A DNA stretch of 33,228 nucleotides, from positions 1 to 33,228 of the IMG/VR virus record IMGVR_UViG_3300042465_007555, one strand, 5' to 3'. Numbering within the stretch: the stretch's first letter is position 1; every line of letters begins with the position of its first letter. The DNA is from a virus. Its lineage: Duplodnaviria > Caudoviricetes. Shown here one piece after another: positions 26,127-33,228 of the stretch. The position numbers were made by a program, and so were the translations under genes. Under the pieces are notes generated by a model. The model was not told where the DNA came from and ran no database searches. It saw only the letters and a list, made by a program, of their open reading frames with translations.

Positions 26127-29100
26127 GAGGTCAAATCTTGGATAGCAGGGGCAACCCCATCTCGAGCGAACGGATGAAGACGGGCACCAACCTCATCTCC
26201 GCCCGTAACTTCTTGGGCGGCCTCCCGGATGCGGATGCCAACCTTGCCTTGCTCCCCATGGAGCGCCGCGGTGTTGGCGGGCTGGTGGGCCTCTACCGTG
26301 AGATGATGGACACCCATGTGGGCATCTCCGCCGCGGTCTATTGGGCGATCACCGAGGCGGCCTCCCTCCCCAAGGAGGTGGTCTGGCCTCACACCCAAGA
26401 CCCCGATGCGGAGGCCGAGGCCTTCATGGCCATTTGCCGCACCGCGGTCTTGGATGAGGCGGTGGTCTATGACGGCCTCTTGGAGGGTAGCAACGCCCTT
26501 TGGGTCTACCCCCTTGTGGATGCGTTTGTGGGCTTTGGCCTCATGGCCCCGCGGCTGATGAGCGGGGGCGCGGTAGAGTGGTATCCTATCTCTCAAAATG
26601 CCGTGATGTTGTGGAGGCCCAACGGCTACCTCCTTGGCGGGGTGCGCTTCTCCACCCCCAACGGCTATGATGATATTGATGCGGCTGAGCTGGTGCACAC
26701 GGTGCACGGCTTTGCGGGGGCTGGTGAGTTTGAGGGGCGCTCCATGCTCCGCTCATGCATCCAACCCTTTGCCATTTGGAAGCAGATCGCGATCTCCGCT
26801 GGTATCTACCAGAACCTCCAAAACGGCTTCCTTGACATTAGCTTTGAGCCCTCGGTGGCGGAGGCTGATGTGGCGGAGTTCAACACCTTTGCCCAAGCCT
26901 TCCAAGATGGCCAGCGGCGCTACCTCCTCCGCCCCAAGAATGTGGATGTTGAGATGCGTTACCCCTCGGGCACCCCCGCGGATGTGGTCTCTCAATTGGA
27001 GTATTGGGATCGCCAAATTGAGAAACAGCTCAATGCACCCTTGGCGGGCATAGCTCAGTTTGGCAGCCGGGCCATGGCGGAGACCTTGGATGGGGCCAGC
27101 GGGCGGAAGGCCAAGGCGTGGATCAATGGCATCTTTGAGCGGTCAAGCCGCGGGATGTTCGGATGGCTTGCGCGGCAAGTGGGCTACACGGGCAAGCTCC
27201 CCAAGGTTCAAGTGCAATCGGCGGAGCTCACCACGGGCATGGATGGGTGGGGTGCCTATGTGAGCGGGGTTCAATCGGGCCTCCTCACCCGCGGCCCGGA
27301 CGATGAGGCATGGGGGCGGCGGGTGATCGGTGCGCCCGAGCTCCCGGTGAAGGAAGAGCAGGATGTGGTCAAGGATACCCCCGCGCCCCTCTTGGCGGGC
27401 TCTTTGCAGATCGCCCAAGAGGTGCTCACCAAGCTGGTGGCATCGGCGGCCAACCCCGTGCCCTTGGCGGCGGAGGCGGCCATGGTGTTGCTCCAAGCGG
27501 CGGGTCTTCAAGAGGCCAACGCCCGCACCATGATTGAAGCTCAGATCCGGGTAGTGCCCTTCACGGCGGCCCCCGTTGGTGCGGTGCCCGTGGAGGGCGT
27601 GGCAGTTGTAAAGGATTCCTTTACACCTCCGCCCGTTGCGCCCGCGCCCGATGATGAGCCCCCAAGCGGAGGAGGCGGAGGCGGCGCACCACCAGCGGCC
27701 AAGGAGGAGGTCACGCTCCCGGGCTCCAAGATCACGGTGCCCGCGGCCATTGGGAGTGCGCCCGCCTTTGCCCCTGCTACCTCCGCCAAGGATGGTGGCA
27801 ACCTTGCGGAGGCGGATGTGGACTTGGAGCCCACCAGCGGGATGGCAGCGGCGGCGGAGCGTGCCCTTGCATGGCGGGATGAGCATGGCCGCGGGGGCAC
27901 CGAGGTGGGAGTGGCCCGCGCCCGTGATATCAAGAATCTCCGCAACCTCTCCCCCGACACGGTGCGGCGGATGCGGGCCTATTTCACCCGCCATGCCTCC
28001 GATGCCAAGGCGGAGGGCTTCAACAGCGGAGAGGAGGGCTTCCCCTCGGCGGGTCGCATAGCGTGGGATCTATGGGGCGGAGATGCGGGCGCGGCTTGGG
28101 CGGAGCGGAAGGTGGCGGAGCTTGAGCGTGCGGCTGGTGGCAACCTCTCCGATGGGCTGATCTTGGCGGCAAGCCTAGCAGACCACCCGGAGGTTGCGGT
28201 GCCCGACACGGTGAAGGCCGCGGCGGCGGCGGCCCTTGAGGCGCACCGCAAGGCGGCAAGCAAGACCGCTGACCCGGAAGCCATCCTCTTGGCCCGCGAC
28301 CTTGCGGCGGGCAAGCGGCTTGCGTGGGATCGGGTGCTCAAGCTGGCCCGCTACTTTGCGGAGGTCTACCCCAAGGCGCGGGCCTCCAAGAGCTTCTCCG
28401 ATGGCGGCCCGGTCTTCCACCGCTATGAGCTCAGAGGTGGGGATGCGTGCCGCGATTGGGTGCGGGGCTTGCTCACGGCCTATGCCATGGCAGCCCACCA
28501 GCGGGCCAGCCGCCTCAATGATGGGGGAGGGTGCGGATGCATCGAGTGCAGCGGCGACCTCGGAGATGGGGAAGCGGAAGGGGTCTTGGCCGTTGGTGCT
28601 GATGGCAAGGAGTTTGTGACCTACCGTGAGCTCCGCCCGGAGGAGGAGGTGGTGGCATGGGTGACCTTGGCCGATGCCCGCCGCGCCTTGGATGTGGAGC
28701 TTGGCTTTGCCCTTGACCGCGTGGCCGCTGACCACCGCAACGCGGTGAAGCGTGCATTGCGGGATGGTTGGCAGCCCGGTGAGCAAGATGCCATTTGGAG
28801 CGCCTTTGTTCCGCAATACGCCAAGGTGTTGACGGATGCGGCGGCCACCTTGCGCGGTAGCATCTCGGCGGAGGTGCTCAATGAGGCTGCCCGGAGTGCG
28901 GGCGCGGGAGCCCTCACCAAGATGAGCGCGGCGGAAGCGGCGGCGGTCTCCTCCACCATGGCGGCCTCCGCCAACGCCCAACTTGCGCGGGCCGCTGGCC
29001 TCACTCAAATGGCGGCGGAGACCATAGCAAACCGGGTGGGCGGGGAGATCTCCGATGCGGTGCTCGGTGGTGCTGACCCCTCCAAGTGGAAGAGCAGGAT

Positions 29101-29398
29101 CACCCCGCTTGGCTTGGCGGATAGTGCGCGGGCCTCTCGCAACCAAGTGGAGGGCGCGGCCCGTGTGGCCACCTATGCTGACACGCCCGAGGCCAAGGGC
29201 GTGGTGCCCTCGCTCTTGGTGCGGTCAAGCATCCCCGATGGCAAGCGGTGCTCCATTTGTGCGGAGCGGGATGGGGAGGAGGTCAACATGGCGGCCAACC
29301 CCGATGCTGAGATCCCGGAGCTGCCCGACCCGGAGTGCCTAGGTGGTGCGAACCGTTGCCGATGCGGCTGGTTTGTCGTCTATGGCACCTTGAGCTAG
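26120..29398 (+). CDS. Portal protein fused to two internal repeat domains and a MuF/SPP1 gp7-like C-terminus (1092 aa)
   Basis: Follows TerL; N-terminal ~410 aa portal-like (LYREMMDTHVGISAAV, GRSMLRS, EYWDRQIEKQL, GSRAMAE); C-terminal DGKRCSICAERDG...PECLGGANRCRC motif. Confidence 0.8.
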   Translation: MVRGQILDSRGNPISSERMKTGTNLISARNFLGGLPDADANLALLPMERRGVGGLVGLYREMMDTHVGISAAVYWAITEAASLPKEVVWPHTQDPDAEAEAFMAICRTAVLDEAVVYDGLLEGSNALWVYPLVDAFVGFGLMAPRLMSGGAVEWYPISQNAVMLWRPNGYLLGGVRFSTPNGYDDIDAAELVHTVHGFAGAGEFEGRSMLRSCIQPFAIWKQIAISAGIYQNLQNGFLDISFEPSVAEADVAEFNTFAQAFQDGQRRYLLRPKNVDVEMRYPSGTPADVVSQLEYWDRQIEKQLNAPLAGIAQFGSRAMAETLDGASGRKAKAWINGIFERSSRGMFGWLARQVGYTGKLPKVQVQSAELTTGMDGWGAYVSGVQSGLLTRGPDDEAWGRRVIGAPELPVKEEQDVVKDTPAPLLAGSLQIAQEVLTKLVASAANPVPLAAEAAMVLLQAAGLQEANARTMIEAQIRVVPFTAAPVGAVPVEGVAVVKDSFTPPPVAPAPDDEPPSGGGGGGAPPAAKEEVTLPGSKITVPAAIGSAPAFAPATSAKDGGNLAEADVDLEPTSGMAAAAERALAWRDEHGRGGTEVGVARARDIKNLRNLSPDTVRRMRAYFTRHASDAKAEGFNSGEEGFPSAGRIAWDLWGGDAGAAWAERKVAELERAAGGNLSDGLILAASLADHPEVAVPDTVKAAAAAALEAHRKAASKTADPEAILLARDLAAGKRLAWDRVLKLARYFAEVYPKARASKSFSDGGPVFHRYELRGGDACRDWVRGLLTAYAMAAHQRASRLNDGGGCGCIECSGDLGDGEAEGVLAVGADGKEFVTYRELRPEEEVVAWVTLADARRALDVELGFALDRVAADHRNAVKRALRDGWQPGEQDAIWSAFVPQYAKVLTDAAATLRGSISAEVLNEAARSAGAGALTKMSAAEAAAVSSTMAASANAQLARAAGLTQMAAETIANRVGGEISDAVLGGADPSKWKSRITPLGLADSARASRNQVEGAARVATYADTPEAKGVVPSLLVRSSIPDGKRCSICAERDGEEVNMAANPDAEIPELPDPECLGGANRCRCGWFVVYGTLS

Positions 29399-29658
29399 GG
29401 CTCCGCCACTAGGGTGGGGCTAGGCTTGCACCACGGGCAGGGGCAGCCCTTGAGGCGGTAGCGTGCGGGGGTGTTGCCGCTGCCCGCCTCCACCCCGTTG
29501 ATCTCGCCCTCCATGATGAGGCGGCCAAGCTCGGAGCGGATCGCCTTCTCTCCTCCGATGCCCACCAGCCTTGAGAGGTGCGCGGGAGAGGGGTGGAAAT
29601 CCACCGCGTGGCAACGGGTCAAAAGATCTAGGATCTCTCTTTGGCGGCGGGTGACCAT
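29395..29658 (-). CDS. Small winged-helix protein resembling the LexA DNA-binding domain
   Basis: TRRQREILDLL...PSPAHLSRLVG...LIMEGEI; C-terminal CPCPWC; no peptidase domain. Confidence 0.65.
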   Translation of the reverse strand: MVTRRQREILDLLTRCHAVDFHPSPAHLSRLVGIGGEKAIRSELGRLIMEGEINGVEAGSGNTPARYRLKGCPCPWCKPSPTLVAEP

Positions 29659-29730
29659 GGGGCTCTCACTTAGCGGCGGGCGCGGGGGCGGATTGGCACG
29701 CTAGCGGGGCAAGGAGGTAGGGGCAAGGTC

Positions 29731-29759
29731 TTGGCAAGGTGCAAGGAGCGGCGCACAAT
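29731..29759 (+). promoter_or_regulatory. Putative promoter of the protease/capsid operon
   Basis: TTGGCA-17 bp-CACAAT ending 8 nt before ATG 29767. Confidence 0.45.
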
Positions 29760-29766
29760 GGCCCCC

Positions 29767-31014
29767 ATGCGAAATGCCCGCCCAAAGTTCCGCACCCATG
29801 AGGTCAACCTCGGGGACGATTCAACCCTCCGATGGGTGAGCCTTCTCCCGGAGGGCGTGATCCATGCCAATGGCATGGCTTGGGATCTTGCGGCGGAGGT
29901 CACTGACCCCGATGCCTTGCTATTCCGCTTCGATGATGTGGTGGCCAGCCTCCATGCGTGGCTTGCGGAGTATGCTCCCCCCATCGCGGTGGAGCACACC
30001 AAGGATGGCACCGCGGCGGGCTACCTTCGGCGGATCGTGGTGCTGACCAAGGCGGAGGCGGCGGAGCTTGGGATCAAGCAGCCCGTGAGCCGCATGATCT
30101 ATGGCGGCCTTGACTTCACCTCGGAGCGTTGGGCCGCGGCCTTTGACGCTGGTGAGATCCCCTACACCTCGCCCAACATTCGCGCCTATGCCTCCACCGA
30201 GACCGAGGCGGAGCCCCGCTTCATCTTCGGGATCGGGGAAGTCTCGCTAGTCACCATCCCCCAGATCAAGACCAACCAGATCCCCGTTGCAGAGATGCGC
30301 GGGGTTTCACTTGCGGAGAGCCCAATGAAGATGAGCATGGAAGAGTGCGCGGCCTATTGTGCGGAGAATGGCATGGATGAGGCGGCGGTCAAGGCGCTCC
30401 TTGCCGCCATGTTCCCGGAGATGCACAAGGAGGCCCATGAGGCCGATCCCGATCTGGCCGAGGATGCGGAGGCCATTGAGGCCGCCGCGATTGCGGAGCT
30501 TGAGAAGGTAGCGGAGGAGGAGAAGGAGAAGGAGGAGGAGAAGCCCGAGGCTCTCCTTGGCGAGATCGCCCGCCTCAAGGGTGCCCTTCTCAAGGAGCGC
30601 CGCTCCAATGCTCTTGCCGCGGTCACCAGCGACCTCAAGGGCCGCAAGGTCTCCGATGCCACCAAGGCCAAGCTTGCGGAGAGCTACCTCTCCGATCGCA
30701 CTTCCTACCGCGCTATGATTGGCGATCTTGGTGTGACCTCCACGGCCCCCAAGATGAGCGTGGCCGCTGGCCCCGCCCGCACCACCTCCCCGGTTGCTCC
30801 GGGTGTTGGCGGCCTCACGGCCTCCCTCTCCGAGGTGCTGGCCAACCCCCGCCGCTTTGCCGACCTCACCGAGGATGCTCAGTGGGGCATGATCTCCGAC
30901 TTGGCGGAGCGCGAGAAGGTGGAGCATTGGCTTGCCGCCTCTTGGCTCATGACGGGCAAGATGCCCCAGACCGTGCAGGAGCTCCGCAACTCCCGTGGCT
31001 TCTCGGGCCGCTAG
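29767..31014 (+). CDS. Prohead protease / scaffold (Mu gpI-like)
   Basis: PIAVEH, TAAGYL, YTSP and VSLVTIP motifs match Mu-like protease order; acidic coiled-coil C-terminal half. Start could also be 29758. Confidence 0.75.
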   Translation: MRNARPKFRTHEVNLGDDSTLRWVSLLPEGVIHANGMAWDLAAEVTDPDALLFRFDDVVASLHAWLAEYAPPIAVEHTKDGTAAGYLRRIVVLTKAEAAELGIKQPVSRMIYGGLDFTSERWAAAFDAGEIPYTSPNIRAYASTETEAEPRFIFGIGEVSLVTIPQIKTNQIPVAEMRGVSLAESPMKMSMEECAAYCAENGMDEAAVKALLAAMFPEMHKEAHEADPDLAEDAEAIEAAAIAELEKVAEEEKEKEEEKPEALLGEIARLKGALLKERRSNALAAVTSDLKGRKVSDATKAKLAESYLSDRTSYRAMIGDLGVTSTAPKMSVAAGPARTTSPVAPGVGGLTASLSEVLANPRRFADLTEDAQWGMISDLAEREKVEHWLAASWLMTGKMPQTVQELRNSRGFSGR

Positions 31015-31069
31015 CCCAACCCCTCACCCCTTCAACCAACGGCCCCTCCACGGGGCAAGGAGATAGCAC

Positions 31070-31498
31070 ATGGCACTTGGATCGCTGACATATAAGACCC
31101 CCGTCAAGATCGCCCGCATCGGCTCTAACCTCACCGATAAGGCGGGCTTTATCGTCTCGCTCACGGATGAGGATCGGGTGGGCCTCAACACCGCCGTTGC
31201 AAATCGCCCCTACGGCGTGATCGTGGTGGGATGCGATAGCCTCACCCCGGGCACCTACCCGAGCCAGATCGCCGCGGGAGCCCTTGAGATCGTGGATGCC
31301 TACGGTGCCACGATCGTGGCCATGGCGGGCGGTACGGGTGTGACCTTCGGCAACGCGGTTTGTGTGACGGGCACGGGCGCGTGTAACGATGTTCCCGCCC
31401 TCGGCGCGGGTGAGTGGATCGTGGGCTATGCCCTCTCCGCCGCCGCCGCTGGTGAGAGCTTCTTGCTCTCCTTCCAGCCCGTTGCGCAGCAGGCCTAG
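31070..31498 (+). CDS. Capsid decoration / cement protein
   Basis: 142 aa Gly/Ala/Val-rich (PYGVI...VGYALSAAAAGE) between scaffold and capsid; AAGGAG RBS. Confidence 0.65.
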   Translation: MALGSLTYKTPVKIARIGSNLTDKAGFIVSLTDEDRVGLNTAVANRPYGVIVVGCDSLTPGTYPSQIAAGALEIVDAYGATIVAMAGGTGVTFGNAVCVTGTGACNDVPALGAGEWIVGYALSAAAAGESFLLSFQPVAQQA

Positions 31499-31548
31499 CC
31501 TACGGGCCGCCCCCATCTCACCACTTCAACCTTGACTAAGGATCGACC

Positions 31549-32562
31549 ATGCCCACGCCCTTCATGCCCCCCGTTGGAATCAATACCGGAGCCCTCAAGC
31601 CCGGCATTTTGCAGCGGATCTCCCTCTTCCGCGGCGGTGCTCAGGACACCAACAGCCTCACCCTTGCGCCGATCGTCAAGGTCGCCACCCGTGCGGGCTT
31701 CTATCATTTCTTTGCGGAGAATGATGCCTTGCTCACGGGCTCCCCGCAGAACCCGCTGACCCCGGTTGACTATGACACCCCGGCCAGCCCGGGCGGTATG
31801 CGGATCTCGGCGGGCACCTTCAACTCCAATCTCTACCGTTGGGGCTTCCAAGTGTTCCCCCTCCAGCAGATTGCGGAGTTCGCGGCGCGTGGTGAGGATA
31901 TCACGGCGCGGGCGGCCTTCAAGCTTGGCGGCCAAGCAAAGCAGCACCACGCCAAGGTGCTCGGCGCGGTGCTTGACACCAATGGCAACTTCTCCGCCAC
32001 TCCGAGCTCGGCGGGCGGCGCGGCCACTCCCCTCCAAAATGAGATCAACGCCCTCCTCATCGACCTTGCTAAGCAGGGCGTGGATCTCAATGAGGGCCGT
32101 TGGGTTGCCACTTGCAACCTCAACACCGCCAACGATATGTTGCAGTTCAACACCGTTGCACAGCAGGGCTACGCCCTTGCCTACGCGGGCGGCACTGACA
32201 CGGCCCGCACGGGGGCCACGGATATGAGCCAGCTCAAGGCATGGTTCCTCTCCAAGCTCATCTGCCCGCTTGAGCTGGTGGTGCTCAATCAGTTCCTCCC
32301 GACCACGGGTGACACCGTTGGCGCTCCCGTGATCGCCAATGGCCGCTTGGCCATCTTCAAGGTTGCGGAGAGCTATGGCGATTCGGGCTTTGTCCAGACC
32401 ATGACCCCCGACCCCAACGCGGCCCTTGGCCAGATCTACACCTACGATGTGCGGCAGGGGCTGATCGGCATCGGCCTCCATGTTGAATCCGACTACGGGA
32501 TCACCGTCCTCGGCGGCCCGGCCAACAAGTGGGCGGCTTGCCTCACGGGTGTCTCCCTCTAG
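31549..32562 (+). CDS. Major capsid protein
   Basis: 337 aa, canonical position, TAAGGA RBS, strongly biased codon usage; no diagnostic motif recognised. Confidence 0.75.
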   Translation: MPTPFMPPVGINTGALKPGILQRISLFRGGAQDTNSLTLAPIVKVATRAGFYHFFAENDALLTGSPQNPLTPVDYDTPASPGGMRISAGTFNSNLYRWGFQVFPLQQIAEFAARGEDITARAAFKLGGQAKQHHAKVLGAVLDTNGNFSATPSSAGGAATPLQNEINALLIDLAKQGVDLNEGRWVATCNLNTANDMLQFNTVAQQGYALAYAGGTDTARTGATDMSQLKAWFLSKLICPLELVVLNQFLPTTGDTVGAPVIANGRLAIFKVAESYGDSGFVQTMTPDPNAALGQIYTYDVRQGLIGIGLHVESDYGITVLGGPANKWAACLTGVSL

Positions 32563-32570
32563 AGGGTGAC

Positions 32571-32601
32571 TAGGTGGGAGCTCCTCCGGGGGCTCTCCAC
32601 T
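32571..32601 (+). terminator. Stem-loop after the capsid gene (attenuator or mRNA-stabilising hairpin)
   Basis: AGGTGG-GAGCTCC-TCCG-GGGGCTC-T-CCACTT; no long U-tract. Confidence 0.45.
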
Positions 32602-32657
32602 TGTGAGCCCACCGTGACCCTTCCTTCCCACGGTGGTCTCTCAAGCGGAGGATCAAG

Positions 32658-33140
32658 ATGGCGCAAGTTTATCTCTTTGGAGTGGTCAAGGCTGATATTG
32701 GGCGGTATCTCCCGCGGATCGCCTTCAACACTGAGACCGCCCCCACGGCCCTTGAGGCCGATGAGATCGTTACTGACCACGCGGCGGATCTTTGCGCCTA
32801 CCTCTATGGCATGGGGGTGGATGTGCAATACTTGGCCACCGCCACCACCAGCGCCCTCTACCGCACCTGCCAACGCTTCATTATCCTCCGCCTAGCGGCC
32901 CAAGTGATGAGGATGCGCAACCAAAACGACACCACCGCGGCGGAGGCGTGGGATGGTGAGGCCGATCGCATCATTGAGCGGCTCCGCAAGCTCCCCCAAG
33001 ATATGGGTGCGGAGCGGCCCACGGGGGTCAACAGCCCCAACATTCTCCACTCCAATGCGACCTATGCGGCGGAGCTCTACGCCAAGCAAATGAACAGCCA
33101 GAGCCGCCTTGCCATCAATGCGGCTCAAGACAAGATGTGA
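32658..33140 (+). CDS. Head-tail adaptor (Mu gp36 / SPP1 gp15 position)
   Basis: 160 aa helical protein after the capsid gene; GGAGG RBS. Confidence 0.6.
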   Translation: MAQVYLFGVVKADIGRYLPRIAFNTETAPTALEADEIVTDHAADLCAYLYGMGVDVQYLATATTSALYRTCQRFIILRLAAQVMRMRNQNDTTAAEAWDGEADRIIERLRKLPQDMGAERPTGVNSPNILHSNATYAAELYAKQMNSQSRLAINAAQDKM

Positions 33141-33228
33141 GCACCCCGTGAGCTCCTTCAAGATCACCATGACGGATGAGACGGGCAAGGCCGTTGCCAC
33201 CCTTGAGGCTTGCCTCCGGGGCGCGGGC
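33102..33228. repeat. Terminal direct repeat, copy 2 (circular assembly overlap)
   Basis: Identical to 1-127. Confidence 0.95.

Noticed and set aside
1-33101. Stop-codon reassignment or modified-base biosynthesis cluster
   Set aside because: Standard-code ORFs are full length and tile the genome; no nucleotide-modification genes recognised beyond one methyltransferase.
33102-33228. 127-bp end repeat as a biological terminal repeat or att site
   Set aside because: The length matches a common assembler k-mer and the repeat cuts through coding sequence; it shows circularity only.

Overview
The window is a complete circular(ly permuted) tailed-phage genome of 33,101 bp. The last 127 bp (33102-33228) exactly repeat bases 1-127, which is the usual assembler overlap. 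It is GC-rich (mid-60s % by eye) and organised as two convergent arms. The + strand late arm runs from 24320 across the junction to 12206: TerS, a hidden 34-aa membrane peptide, TerL, a 1092-aa portal/MuF-like fusion, a Mu gpI-like protease/scaffold, a decoration protein, the major capsid protein, neck proteins, tail tube, a frameshifted tail chaperone, tape measure, tail-tip proteins and a CHAP-type lysis cassette. The - strand early arm runs from 23596 to 12203: a TOPRIM/DUF927 primase-helicase, small unknown genes, a YqaJ exonuclease plus RecT, an HTH protein, a RuvC-like resolvase, an amino-DNA methyltransferase, a basic helical protein and a PD-(D/E)XK nuclease. An iteron-like TTCCCA/TGGGAA region lies between the arms. 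I see no integrase, transposase, tail sheath, tRNA or CRISPR array. The most interesting features are: (1) a portal polyprotein with two internal copies of an uncharacterised domain and a MuF-like C-terminus, with similar L-x-E/D motifs at the domain junctions; (2) a family of early-leader hairpins with a conserved ATTGCAC loop, tied to duplicated promoter/operator cassettes; (3) apparent genome-wide loss of CCWGG and other palindromes in favour of their C-to-T derivatives. All calls are from reading motifs by eye; no database search was run.
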